NCBI GenBank assembly: GCA_020137815.1
Contig: CM035360.1
Span: 62,001 to 126,000, forward strand
DNA from: Hormiphora californensis
Taxonomy: Eukaryota > Animalia > Ctenophora
Reading direction: 5' to 3'
Length of the DNA stretch: 64,000 nt
The notes under the pieces are model-generated. The model did no database searches. It worked only from the letters and a program-made list of their open reading frames with translations, and was not told where the DNA came from. Both the position numbers and the translations under genes were made by a program. Shown in pieces: positions 51,701 through 64,000 of this stretch (position 1 is its first letter; each line of letters starts with the position of its first letter).

Positions 51701-52449
51701 CAGAGTTCAGTCAGAGTTCTGTCCACACCGCTGGTGGGATCAGTATTAGGTTCCCAAGGGTCACCAAGATACGAGACGACAAGGATTGGCAGACCGCCAC
51801 CGATCTACCTAGGTTACAGGTGTTGGTCAGAACGAGTCAGGAGAAGGCAGACGGAGCCATCCAGAAACTAATGCTAAAGGAGGGAGGCGGGAAATTGAGT
51901 ACTCCCAAATCAGTCGGGAAACGGGAAGCTGAGGGAGAGGATGGTAGTAGTAGTAAGCGGGTTAAAACAATGGATTCTGGGAAAACGAAGGTGGCTGGTA
52001 ATGCTTCTGAATTATCAGAATCAGGAAAGAGAAAGGCAGACACCATTCAACCTTCAGAATCAGGAAAGAGAAAGGCGGAAACTATTCAACCTTCAGATTC
52101 CGGGAAGAGAAAGGCTGGAACCCCTGATTCTTCAGGTTCCGGGAAGAAAAGGGCGGGTATCCCTGATACCTCAGACTCTGGGAAGAAAAGGGCGGGTATC
52201 CCTGATCCCTCAGAATCTGAGATCCAGAAACCCTCAACGACACTTCAGAATATTTTCAATGGTGAACAATTTTACGTGTCATCTAAAATCAGTGAATCTG
52301 CAGTGTTAGAACGTTATATCATTGCGTATGGTGGTGAGGTTGTGAAAGAGAGGTCTGTTGCGAGCAAGGTAGTGGTGGCTAGTGGGGAAGGTGGTAAAAG
52401 GGTTACTAAAGAGTGGATATCAGAGCGAATTGGTAGTGCTTTGAAGTGA
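48721..52449 (+). CDS. LIG3: DNA ligase III
   Basis: PARP-type Zn finger (CDYAKTNRSGCKKC..WHHAKC), DNA-binding domain, PMLAEAC, catalytic EIKYDGER, KRHWLKVKKDY, SIRFPRV and C-terminal BRCT (LERYIIAYGG); 7 exons. Confidence 0.96.
49505..49592 (+). mobile_element. Short interspersed CCAAT/CACGTG element flanked by a 24-bp direct duplication; inverted copy at 59610-59680
   Basis: CCAATCAGAACTC.TTATTTAGGTCACGTGACTGGT.ATCAGCCAAT.AGGGACCAGTATT shared by both sites. Confidence 0.8.
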
Positions 52450-53427
52450 TATCTAGTGTTGTTTTTAGATTGTTTAAGTTTTTTATAAAAATTTTAGATT
52501 TAGATATTTGTACAGAGAGTATAAACAGATTATTAATTTTACCTCTCACCCTGTCAAAATAATAAAAAATTACGTCTTTTTAGTAAGTGATGTTGACATC
52601 ATCGATCATCAAGTGGAAGGAAAGGAGCGGTATAGGATCTTTTACTACTTGATGAGCTAACTAAAGATAACAGAATTTGGAACTGCTTCAGAATAACGAT
52701 GGATTGACTTGAAAACTCATCAAGAAGGTATGTAATTATCAGTTTTGTTCGTGCTCTGTCCATTCTCGACTAATTAGTTAATTAATTAATCCTCTCCACC
52801 TGACTGTGCAGGCTGCCGCGACGAGAATCCTTTCTATCGCCCCGATACCAGCGAGTCCGTTACCCTCCGTTTCCATGGTTACCACCGTCGTTTCGCTCCA
52901 GCTACTTGCAATCGTTGTGCGAAATGAGAGGATAGCACGCGAGACGCAGCTCAAGACGAGAGTTTTCGCGAGTTTTCAAGGCCGTGGAATTGTTGCTGAC
53001 TTGTTTACACCATTTGAACTTTATTTTAGGGGAAACCTGCCGATTTATTGCATTTTAAAACGTCGGAGCTTATCGCTTGTCTCTTTTCTTTTTGTGTATT
53101 ACGAACTTGGCGGAAAGAGTCGTGTCGTTGAATATGCGAAAATGCGTAACGTATGGTCTTGGATAAATACAAATGCGAATTCGGCATCTCTCTCTTTCTC
53201 TCTCTTTCTCTCTCGTGTTTCGTTTCTACCGAATTACCTCATCCCCTAAATAATCTGCCTGCGGGCTGGGTGTCTAGACATGTCTAAGTACCCCCCATCT
53301 TTTAAAAATTCCCTGAGCTACCTTTCCAGACCAAATATCCCTCCACTAAACTACAGTCACCCTTGACCCAATGTTATGCCCGAACGTGCCCTGATCCCTG
53401 ATAATCCCGACGTTATGCCCAGTAGAT

Positions 53428-55973
53428 ATGGGTAGCCGAGAGGAAACGAACCGCCTCTTCATCGGTGGTCTCCGACGTATCGTGGACAAAGAAGAACTCC
53501 AGCGGGAATTCCAAAAGTTTGGGGAGATAACCGACACATGGGTTGCGAAGGATTCCCCTGGGTTCGCGTTTGTCGAGTTCTCTACTGTGGACCAAGCTAG
53601 AGAGGCTATGGAGGCGAAACACAAGACTGATTGTTTCGGGACGGAGATAAGAGTTGAATTTACCCGGGGTAGCAAGGGTCCTGGATCTAAATCTGGTCAG
53701 AAACCAAGGTGAGCTGTTTCTATTCGTTAGTTCCGATCTGATTGATTTTCACTACTCCACAACACCCACCCCCCTATGACGCATCCCACCTATCTCCCAA
53801 CAAGGTTCCCTCTAATGTTCTCATACCTCAGGTTATTTGTTGGTGGTATCAAGGACTCGATAGAAAAAGAAGATCTCAAGGAAGTATTTGAGCCATTTGG
53901 AGCTGTTACTGATGTGTGGATTGCACACAATCCTCCTGGTTTTGCTTTTGTTGAGTTCGAATCCATGGAGGTAAGGGTTACCATGGTAACTTCTGTTAAC
54001 TGTTACCATGGTAACTGCTGTTAACTGTTGCCATGGTAACTGCTGTTAACTTTTGCCATGGTAACTGCTGTTAAGGCCAGAGGGGGGGGGTCGACGGGTT
54101 TTTTGGGGTGTTTTTTGAGGTATACGTTATATGAAAGCGCTGGGCAAGGCGGATCGATTAGAACAGACGTCATCGATGTTGCGCGCACCGTTTGGCCAAA
54201 ATTTGGGGGTTAACATTTGGCCTATAATGGATGTTAACCCCTATAAATCAGGATTGGTGGGGTCTAGAACATCCATCATTGTACCAAAGGCTTCGTCTTG
54301 TCTTGATACAACTTCCTGAAAAGTTTTATGTCGTTACTCCAACTACTTCTTGATTTTTTGGGGGTTTACAAAGTATGCGGAAAAAGCCCTTTTTGCCTCT
54401 AATTTTGCTCTTTTTTGGGACATCCTGCCTCACTTCCTGAAATAACGGCTAGGACTCAGACCTTGCCGTTTGGCATAGTTGTTCTAGAGACCGTGTTCTT
54501 CAAATTTGGTGTAGCGATTTTTGATTAAGGCCCCCGTTCAAAAATTATAGGGGTTAACATTTGTTTTGTCCATGAAAATTTTATGTAAACCCCTATAATT
54601 TTTGAACGGGGGCCTTAATCAAAAATCGCTACACCAAATTTGAAGAACACGGTCTCTAGAACAACTATGCCAAACGGCAAGGTCTGAGTCCTAGCCGTTA
54701 TTTCAGGAAGTGAGGCAGGATGTCCCAAAAAAGAGCAAAATTAGAGGCAAAAAGGGCTTTTTCCGCATATTTTGTAAACCCCCAAAAAATCAAGAAGTAG
54801 TTGGAGTAACGACATAAAACTTTTCAGGAAGTTGTATCAAGACAAGACGAAGCCTTTGGTACAATGATGGATGTTCTAGACCCCACCAATCCTGATTTAT
54901 AGGGGTTAACATCCATTATAGGCCAAATGTTAACCCCCAAATTTTGGCCAAACGGTGCGCGCAACATCGATGACGTCTGTTCTAATCGATCCGCCTTGCC
55001 CAGCGCTTTCATATAACGTATACCTCAAAAAACACCCCAAATAACCGGTCGACCCCCCCCTCTGGCCTTAACTGTTGCCATGGTAACTGCTGTTAACTGT
55101 TGCCATGGTAACTGCTGTTAACTGTTGCCATGGTAACTGCTGTTAACTGTTGCCATGGTAACTGCTGTTAACTGTTGCCATGGTAACTGCTGCCATGGTA
55201 ACTGCTGTTAACTGTTGCCATGGTAACTGCTGTTAACTGTTGCCATGGTTACCGTTATCTGCAGTTAACTGTTACCATAGTAACCATCATCTGCAGTTAA
55301 CTGTTGCCATGGTTACCGTTATCTGCAGTTAACTGTTACCATGGTTACCTCTCTGGTTTTCTCACATTATCTCACACACATCAGTCAGTTTGTAACTCAC
55401 TACCCCACACACAGATAGCAGAGAAAGCTGTAGCAGAACTAGATGGGACACAGCATTTTGGGGGAGAGATTAAAGTTCAGATTACCAAAGGAAGCAAGAA
55501 CAGTCGGAGACAGAGAGGTATGTTTTAATTATTAGTTAATTATTAGTTAATTAGCTGTTACTATGTTTAGTCCAACATAATATTTGATCCTCCTTCATCT
55601 AACTTCACTGGTGTTTCTAGGTGGCCATGGTGGGGGTGACGGTGATGGTGACGACAGAAGAAGCAACAGACACCGCCCCAACCCATACCCAGACAGGCGA
55701 CCAGGTGGAGGTGGAGGAGGCTACGGGCCACCACCTCCCCGTGACAACTACTATCCTCCAGCACCCTACTACCCACCCGAATACACCAGGGGTGGGGGAG
55801 ATCCTTATAGCAGGGATCCTTATAACAGGTACCCAGACCCCTATGCAGGGTATAGGGACCCCTACGGAGGGAGTGGTGGGTATTACGGCATGCCAAGAGG
55901 AGGGGACCCGTATAGCGGTGGTTATGGAGCGAGGCCAAGTGGTGGTTATGACAGGAGAGGGTATTATTATTAG
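53428..55973 (+). CDS. SRSF3/7-like protein with two RRMs and a Gly/Tyr/Pro/Arg-rich tail
   Basis: RLFIGG..TWVAKDSPGFAFVEF and RLFVGG..VWIAHNPPGFAFVEF; exons 53428-53708, 53832-53970, 55414-55517 and 55621-55973. Confidence 0.88.
53977..55348. repeat. 25-bp intronic minisatellite containing GTTGCCATGGTAAC, split by a foldback insertion
   Basis: AACTGTTGCCATGGTAACTGCTGTT units at 53977-54074 and 55068-55348. Confidence 0.9.
54075..55067. mobile_element. ~1-kb near-perfect foldback element with TTAA TSD (Kolobok/Sola3-type termini)
   Basis: TTAA|GGCCAGAG9TCGAC...GTCGAC8TCTGGCC|TTAA; ~480-bp arms and ~30-bp spacer; the identical 62-aa ORFs on opposite strands reflect the symmetry. Confidence 0.93.
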
Positions 55974-56324
55974 TGGACTGGGAGGATCAGGAGACCAGGA
56001 GGGTAAAACCAATAACACCATGGTGCCCAAAGAGTGCATTTTGGTTGGAAGTGACGTGTAAGACTGTCTTTATGTTTGATGGGCGAGTTGAGAGGACTGT
56101 AAGATTGTTGGTTGACAGTTGGGCTGTGAAGAGGGAGAGACAGAAAGGAAGAGAAAGTGATTAGAGAGAGAGAGATAGAGATGGAAAGACAGAGAGAGGA
56201 AGAGAGAGAGAGAGCGAGAGAGAGAGGAAACTATAACATTTGTTACAATATCTTTATGTCCTAGTGGATAGTTTTTACAACACATGCCCCGTGTTTCACT
56301 GTCTAATATCTGTCATAAGACAAA

Positions 56325-56484
<160 letters not shown>

Positions 56485-56694
56485 TCCTCTGACAGTGTAA
56501 CACCCCACCTGACACTAACTCCCTCCCTATTTAGCCGATGTCAGATATTTCAGCCGTGTCACTCATCCTTGCCGGATAACATCTTTGTTTTCTACTTCTC
56601 GGACCAGTCTTTTCTCTCCATCTCTGTTTGGCTTTTGAAGTTCTATCGCTAGCTTGAAGGTAAGGGCGCTGTAAAAAGCACACTCACTGCGCAT

Positions 56695-57477
56695 TAGGGT
56701 GTGCTAAGTGAAAATTTTGTCGACTTGGCCAATAAGTTAAGGGTAGATATGAAACTATGGACAATTGTCTACTAAATCCTGAAAACGGAATTGGGGTAGT
56801 GTATGTCAATTACGTGGGCCAGGCGATTAAAAAAGTTTACTTTTTTACCGAAAAAAGGTAAATATGTGTGTTTTACACCAGTGTTTGGCATGTTCTTTAT
56901 ATCAACTTTTTATAGACAGGGTCGTGTTCAGCGGTTTGATACCGATCAGAATGGATGTGTATCATGAAAGTTAGCCAAAGTTCATTTTTGACCTGAAAAT
57001 GTTCATTTTGGACCAAAAATGTTCATTTTTGACTAAAAATGTTCATTTTGGTCATTTTCTTCTATTTTGAGAGCTTTTTCATGAACGGGATCGTGTTCAG
57101 CAGGTCAAAATTAGTCGGTTACAACCGGAATTTGCATTCCGACAAATAAAATCTTAAAAAGTTAAAATTCGTCTCCACTAATACTGCAAAGTAGGAAAAT
57201 GTGCAAGAAAAAAAGATGAAACAAAAAATTTTTCATTATAAAATGGAGTTCTGAAGGTGCAGACTGGAAATAATGGTTGTACTGGTTCTCATGAGGCGAT
57301 TCATATGTGTGGTTTTTTCGAAATAACGCCCCAAAAAACATTTTTTGATATGAATATGCCCATATATGGGCATACATCGGCCCACGTAATTGGGCCAGGG
57401 TAGGACTAACTCATTCTAGGGGTAAACTATGTGAAAATTGGATTTGATTTATGAGTTGGGAAAAATAGCACACCCTA
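56695..57477. mobile_element. Non-autonomous hAT-like element
   Basis: CTGCGCAT|TAGGGTGTGCTA...TAGCACACCCTA|CTGCGCAT, 8-bp TSD. Confidence 0.9.
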
Positions 57478-57628
57478 CTGCGCATCGGACTCCTTGCCTT
57501 CGCGCCGCGCGCGCAAATTGGTGAAAATTGGACATTTCGAACACAATTGAACACCCGTCTCTTCTGTATTTGTTATTTTGAACAAAAATGTTCAATATCC
57601 CAATCACACCTTCTTTTCAGTATTCATA

Positions 57629-59344
57629 ATGAGTGACCACGAAGAAGGGGAGCTGTCCCCGTCATCCTCTCCTGCATCCTCTCCCGAAGCTAAGAAACTC
57701 AAGGTGGAAGATAAAGTTGTCCCAAGGTACGTTAACATGGAATTATATAAGGTTGTCTCTTGATTGGCGAGGGTGTTCTCTGCGAGGGTGTTTCCCAATT
57801 CTCCCCCTCCCCACACTTCACCCACTGTGAAAAGGTTCAGGTCGAAACAAAACATTGGCTGTACATAACTCTTCTCAACTTATAAATCTCTCACCTAATT
57901 CTCTCTCTTCAAGGTCTGATAACATTATTTGGGTGGATCTGGAGATGACTGGGCTGGATCTGAAGAAAGAGCATATCATGGAAATGGCTTGTATAGTCAC
58001 TGACAGGGATCTGAACATACTTGAGGAGGCACCTAATCTTGTCATACACATGGTACGGAGAAAATCCTTAAATTGTTATCATCTTTTTATCAATTTCATA
58101 TGAAATATATTCAAAAGAATTAAGTACCTACCTTGCCTCAAAAAGGTATTTCATTATCGCTCAACAATCAAAATCTTACCTTTTCTTTATTTTGTCTACA
58201 TCGTACCACCTTCTAGGTCTAACCCCCCCCCCCCCTCCCCAGGAAGATAGTGTTCTAGATGGTATGGGGGAGTGGTGTACTAACATGCACGGCAAGACGG
58301 GCCTTACTAAAGCCTGTCGAGAGAGTATCCTCACTTGTGGAGAGGTAGAGGATCAGATGCTAAAATTTATCAAGAAATACTGTGTCAAAGGTATGTGAGT
58401 CTAGAAATACTGTGTCAAAGGTATGTGAGTCTAGAAATACTGTGTCAAAGGTATGTGAGTCTAGAAATACTGTGTCAAAGGTATGTGAGTCTAGAAATAC
58501 TGTGTGTGTGTATATACATACCTCCGTACTTCCATCCACACTGCTGACGTTGGGGATCAGCTAGCCCTTATTTCCGCAGGATCTCCCCTTGGCGCCCACA
58601 CACCGACAACCCGGGCGCCGACCCACACCCCCAGATCAAAACCGCCTTCAGTGTTCAAACGGGTTTCCCCGTTGTCCCCTCCGACAGTGATGACCTTAGA
58701 GATGCAGACCGACAGGCGATCCCACTTAATAAGTTTTTGCATAAATCCTACCTACGACAGCGGATGCACTAACACAAGCGTGTCAGTCTTACGTTCCTGG
58801 GTTGTCCCAGGTGTAGGTAGTTGCCGAACGATAGCGTCGTCTCCATAACTAGAGCGTCTCGCTATTTTTTCACTCCCGCATTGCCTTGTTATGGCTAATA
58901 CCTTGTGGTTTGGGTATAGCGGCAGGGGTCGGTCCACCGAGTCGTTCGCATGCATTTGCATTTGAAGGAGTCGGCCCGTGTGGCACTTTTTGTTATTAGG
59001 TTCCATCTAGAATAGGGGTACCAATACCATATCGCTAGTGGCTGGCGACTTTGCAGTTGTGATTACCGTTTCCAGTACTGTTGCATACCGTTTGGTTTCT
59101 AGAAATACTGTGTCAAAGGTATGTGAGTCTAGAAATACTGTGTCAAAGGTATGTGAGTCTAGAAATACTGTGTCAAAGGTATGTGAGTCTAGAAATACTG
59201 TGTCAAAGGTATGTGAGTCTAGAAATACTGTGTCAAAGGTATGTGAGTCTAGAAATACTGTGTCAAAGGTATGTGAGTCTAGAAATACTGTGTCAAAGGT
59301 ATGTGAGTCTAGAAATACTGTGTCAAAGGTATGTGAGTCTAGAA

Positions 59345-59377
<33 letters not shown>

Positions 59378-60494
59378 AGTCTAGGAGTGTGTTATATTTG
59401 GTTACAAAGTCACTTGGGGGTACAGGCTCTAATCAATGTTAACCTAAACAATGTTCAATAATAATACTTCCCAGGGAAGTGCGAGTTGGCAGGGAACTCT
59501 ATACATTGTGACAGGGCATTCCTAGTAAAGGAGATGCCCCGGTTTGTTGAGTGGCTGTCTCACCGAATTATTGATGTGTCTACCATTAGGAACCTTGGCT
59601 GGTAAGTTTAATCAGGGAATACTGGTCCCTAATTGGCTGATTACCAGTCACGTGACCTAAATAACGAGTTCTGATTGGCTGTCTCACCGAATTATTGATG
59701 TGTCTACCATTAGGAACCTTGGCTGGTGAGCTTATACTGCTACACTAATGCAATGAGTTGATCTTCTGAATATTTTAGTTTGATAATTAATCGTGCCTTC
59801 CAGCTATATTCCCTATTTCTCAGTCATCTTATATCTTGATGAGTTACTATTCACAGGAGATGGTACGGTAAGAAGTTCGAGGACTACAAAAGTGAAAGTC
59901 CCATGGTTGCTCACAGGTAAGTCATTGTTTGAGGATTCCAACCCACAGGTTCTCCCTTTGACACCACATCCCCCCTCATGTCCAGAGCCCTGGTTCCAAA
60001 TTCAACCTCCCAGAGACCCCGCCCCATATTGACACCACATTAAACCACGTCCCCCATATTCAACCCCCAGCAGAGGCTCCACCCCACATTCACCCTTCCC
60101 TTTTATACCACGTCACCCCAGAGCCTCAGCCCCAAATTTCACCCCCAAATCTGAAATCCCTGGCCCCAAATTAACACCACATTCCCCGTTCAGAGCCCTG
60201 GATGATATCCATCACAGTATAAAGCAACTGCGGTTCTTCCGGCAGACCGTCTTCCGATCACCCTCCCAGTACCAGAAAGGGATAGAGTGGCTGGACCAAG
60301 GTATTATCATCCTCCTAACCCTGGCCCTTTCTGTCGCCCTGGGTCTCCTTCTAGTCCCCCGGTATAATATTTTGTTGCCCGTAATTCTACTTTGTGGTAT
60401 ATTTGTGGCCCTGGAGATATGCGTGTGGTTGGGTTGGAGGAGATGGGGTGTGTTCATTTTGTATGTTGTTTCAGTTGTAAAGTATAAAAAGTGA
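57629..60494 (+). CDS. REXO2: Oligoribonuclease (DEDDh) with extended hydrophobic C-terminus; alternative last exon 60693-60910
   Basis: [55 protein letters not shown] and [16 protein letters not shown]; exons 57629-57726, 57914-58052, 58243-58390, 59475-59601, 59858-59916 and 60194 onward. Confidence 0.92.
58374..59343 (+). repeat. 30-bp tandem array of the exon end plus donor site, interrupted by a ~590-bp insertion
   Basis: GAAATACTGTGTCAAAG|GTATGTGAGTCTA about 12 times. Confidence 0.95.
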
Positions 60495-61155
60495 AGTAAT
60501 ATCGTGTTAACAGACCAAACTCTTCAATTATATGTCTTTATTCACATTTCTACTCATATGGTAAAGGCTCCAAATACCTCAATCATGGGGGCGAGAACAG
60601 ATTAAAAATTTCGAAATCGATGTTCATGCTAGTGTTCTTACAGTTACACAACTAGCAGTAACACAAATGTTTTACAACTGAATTCCATCCAGAACGTAGA
60701 CCTGCCCTGCCTCTTGACTACCACGATCTCCTTCGAAGTATGGAAGCATCATATACCAGCCGAAAGAGGACACATTCACAATCTGAAAACCTGGAAAATG
60801 ACAAATCACAAAATGGGTCGAGTAATAGTGAAACGAAGTTGACATTATTTGGTAGTGATTCTGATAATAGTGAAGTTAAGGAGGAAGCACCAACATCACC
60901 AGCTCAGTAGATCTGTCATAGCATTGGCCTGACAGCAGTAGACTGTTTTTCACAACTATAAAAGTTCAGAAATGATAGTTCATGATGGAGTTTATTTGTA
61001 TATTCGATTGTTATTTTTACCGTTCAACAACTTATTTTACATCGCTGATCTTTTACTAAGTTGTCTTTGTCTCCTTGTCCCCATATAATCACAACCTTTA
61101 CCCATCTAGGACATGTCAATTAATGACCACTACCTTTACAACCTATTTCTAGGAC

Positions 61156-63760
61156 ATGTCAATCAATGACCACACAGATTCAGCTAGACTCTTTGTTGGA
61201 GGTCTCTACACCGATGAAGCCGTGGAGAAAGATGATCTGAGGGCGGTGTTTGAGCCGTTTGGTGCTGTCTGTGATGTCTGGGTAGCCAGGGATCCTCCAG
61301 GTTATGCGTTTATTGAACTGGATTCACCTGAGAATGCCCGAACTGCTATGTTAGAGTTGAACAATACAGAGGCCCTGGGGACCGTCATCAGGTCGGTGTT
61401 AGGTGCTTGTTTGAAACAGTGAATTAACAGATTGAATTTGGATTTGAATTATCAAATAAAAATTTAATTACCAATCTCCTCCTCCTCAGGATAGAAAGAA
61501 CGGGACAGAGACGAGGTGGATCTAGGGGAGGTGGAGGACGGGGTGGTGGAGGACGGGGAGGGGGTAGGGGTAGAAGCAGTAGGGGAGGGAGCCGAGGAGG
61601 AGGGAGTCGAGGAGGAGGTGGAAGTAGAGGTGGAGGTGGTTATGGAGGTGGAGGGAGGAGAGGAGGATACAACGATTATGAGGTTAGCACTACTTTCTCT
61701 AGTTCAGTACTTTATCTTTATTCTCTCTCAGTCCTCCCTAGTACGTATGGTTACTATGCCCGATATTATTACCCCTCCCCCCCCCCCTAATCAACCCCCC
61801 CCCCCCATAGGAGGATTACTTTGCCCCCTCCATCTAATCACCCCCCCCCCCCTCTAATCACCCCCCCCCTCTAATCACCCCCCCCCCCCTCTAATCACCC
61901 CCCCCCCCCTCTAATCACCCCCCCCCTCTAATCACCCCCCCCCCTCTAATCACCCCCCCCCCCCTCTAATCACCCCCCCCCCCCTCTAATCCCCCCCTCC
62001 AATCAACCCCCCCCCCCCCCACAGGAGGATTACTATGCCCCCTGCATCTAATCATCCCCCCAGGAGGATTACTATGCCCCCTCCAATCACCCCCCCCCCC
62101 CACAGGAGGATTACTATGGCGGTGGACGGGGAGGGTACGATGATGACATGGAACGACCCAGGTTATATGTTGGAAATCTCCAGGAAGACATTACAAAGGA
62201 CCAGCTCAATGAGGTGTTCAAAGATTATGGGGATATTGTTGATATTTGGATTGCTAGAAATCCCCCTGGTGAGTAGATTAATAACTGATTTACTAATTGA
62301 TTAGTTAATTAGTTAGGGTTAATTAGTCTAATAGTTAATTAGAGTTTAGCTAATACATAGTTGGTACACCAATATTAGTGATAACTCCCCCCCCCCCTCT
62401 TCGTAGGATATGCGTTTGTGGAATTCTCTGAGCTGTATGATGCAAAACGGGCCATGAAGGAAATGGATGGTACCCACCACTACGACTCTACTTTTAAAAT
62501 TCAGATAACACACAATTCCAAGGCCAAAAAGGACAGAATGAGCAGAGAGCGAGAAGGTGAGTCAATAATGCGACAGAATTTAGGCGACAGAATTTAGGCG
62601 CCCTTGTGTATGCTCGATAGACTCCCGCTCGCTACTTGTTGAGTAATGGGTCAACAACTCGCTACTTGTTGAGTACTGGGTCTACCCCTTATTCAACAAC
62701 TCGCTGCACATTGTCATTTCTCATGTCCGCTCAAACGCAGGACCAATGCGATCCCGCGGCGGTGGTGGAAGATCGAGAATTAGCAGGGGTCCCCCGCGAG
62801 ATTACCCACCTTTACCACCACCCCCACCATCGCGGGTTAGGCCCGCAGCCCCCCGTGGAGCCCCTCCTTCTAAACGTGCCAGGTACAGCATGTTATTTAT
62901 CATTTGTTACAGGCGCCAGTTTAAACGCGTGATTTACTAAATCTCACGCAGTAACGCGTTATTGACGTACTAAATATCACGCAGTAACGCGTTATTGACG
63001 TACTAAATCTCACGCAGTAACGCGTTATTGACGTACTAAATCTCACGCAGTAACGCGTGACCTCACGCACTAAATCTCACGCAGTAACGCGTTGTTAACG
63101 TACTAAATCTCACGCAGTAATGCGTTATTGACGTACTAAATCTCACGCAGTAACGCGTGACCTCACGTACTAGATCTCACGCAGTAACGCGTTAAATGTA
63201 ACGCGGTCCATTATATCCCCAGGGCGACAGTGAGGCGCGTTGTCGCAGCAGACCCGTACGGCGAGTATGAAGATCCCTACGCCGAAGATGACCAATACTA
63301 CGCCCCCGCCGCAGAACCATACTATGTCGCATATTATCCTGCGCCTGCCTCGCGCCGAGCCCGCAAGACCGCTGCCCCACCACCACCCCCCGCTGAATAC
63401 GAGTACGCTGATGCGGGGTACGCAGCCCCTGGTACAGCAGCTGCGACAGGGGAAGAGTATTATGAGTATTACGAGTATGAAGAAGAACCCGCCCCACCCC
63501 CACCACGCCGAGCTAGGGGTACACGAGGTGCCAGAGTGGCATACCGGGCCCGCCCCAAACCCGCAGCAGACCCATACTCTGACCCGTATGCGGAGACCGA
63601 CCAGTATTATGTTGATCCATACGGAGCACCGGGGACCGCTGCTGCCCCTGCCCCGCAGTACGAATATGCTGAGGAGGCACCCCCTCCCCCACCAGCCTCT
63701 AGAGCATACGCTCCAACAACTTTTGTAGCGCCAGCTCGACCTGCAGCTGTGTCCGAATAG
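61156..63760 (+). CDS. Second SRSF3/7-like two-RRM protein with RGG linker and Tyr/Pro/Ala/Glu-rich tail
   Basis: RLFVGG..VWVARDPPGYAFIEL, RGG-rich exon, RLYVGNL..IWIARNPPGYAFVEF; last exon 63223-63760 is in phase. Confidence 0.85.
62935..63193. repeat. 33-bp intronic minisatellite
   Basis: TACTAAATCTCACGCAGTAACGCGTTATTGACG about 8 times. Confidence 0.92.
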
Positions 63761-64000
63761 CTCGTTGTCGTGGTTACTCTGGCGTGTGATTCACAGTGTG
63801 AAAGACACTTTGACAGTTTATTTTATCCAAATTATACTTGTATGTAGACCCGCTGTTCCGATCCGCAAAATATAAATTGTATCACTTGTAGCTCGAATAC
63901 AATATGTTGCAAATTCAATGACAACCACCCCCCCCCCCTTCAGTGATAAATAAAGTGTAACTTTTCAGTGAATCGCTGAAGACAATTTCGTTGGAAGTTC

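Noticed and set aside
54131-55012. Duplicated 62-aa ORF on both strands
   Set aside because: Consequence of the palindromic element; no protein features

Overview
Eukaryotic (animal) genomic DNA with compact, intron-rich genes and dense small repeats. It is very probably a cydippid ctenophore (Pleurobrachia-like), because 45503-45541 matches the ctenophore spliced-leader (SL) exon as I recall it. Genes, left to right: a HUNK-like kinase split into oppositely oriented halves around a 5'-truncated TspO/MBR gene (inversion or misassembly); a 100-N gap; the N-terminal part of an unconventional myosin motor; a 5'-truncated LINE RT; YTHDF; a SAM-domain protein; a 2xCBM14-GH18 chitinase; a small secreted WSC-like protein; GALNS; UXT; LIG3; and two SRSF3/7-like tandem-RRM paralogues flanking REXO2. 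Most notable: (1) an intact ORF1-only non-LTR retroelement with a genomically fixed SL at its 5' end and a (TTTCAAG)4 tail, i.e. an apparent retrocopy of a trans-spliced RNA; (2) a REXO2 whose last exon runs into a multi-pass transmembrane tail, with an in-phase alternative hydrophilic exon; (3) pervasive tandem 'echo' duplications of exon-intron boundaries; (4) poly-G/poly-C-ended elements with 10-bp subterminal arrays. Exon coordinates were read by eye and may be off by a few bases.
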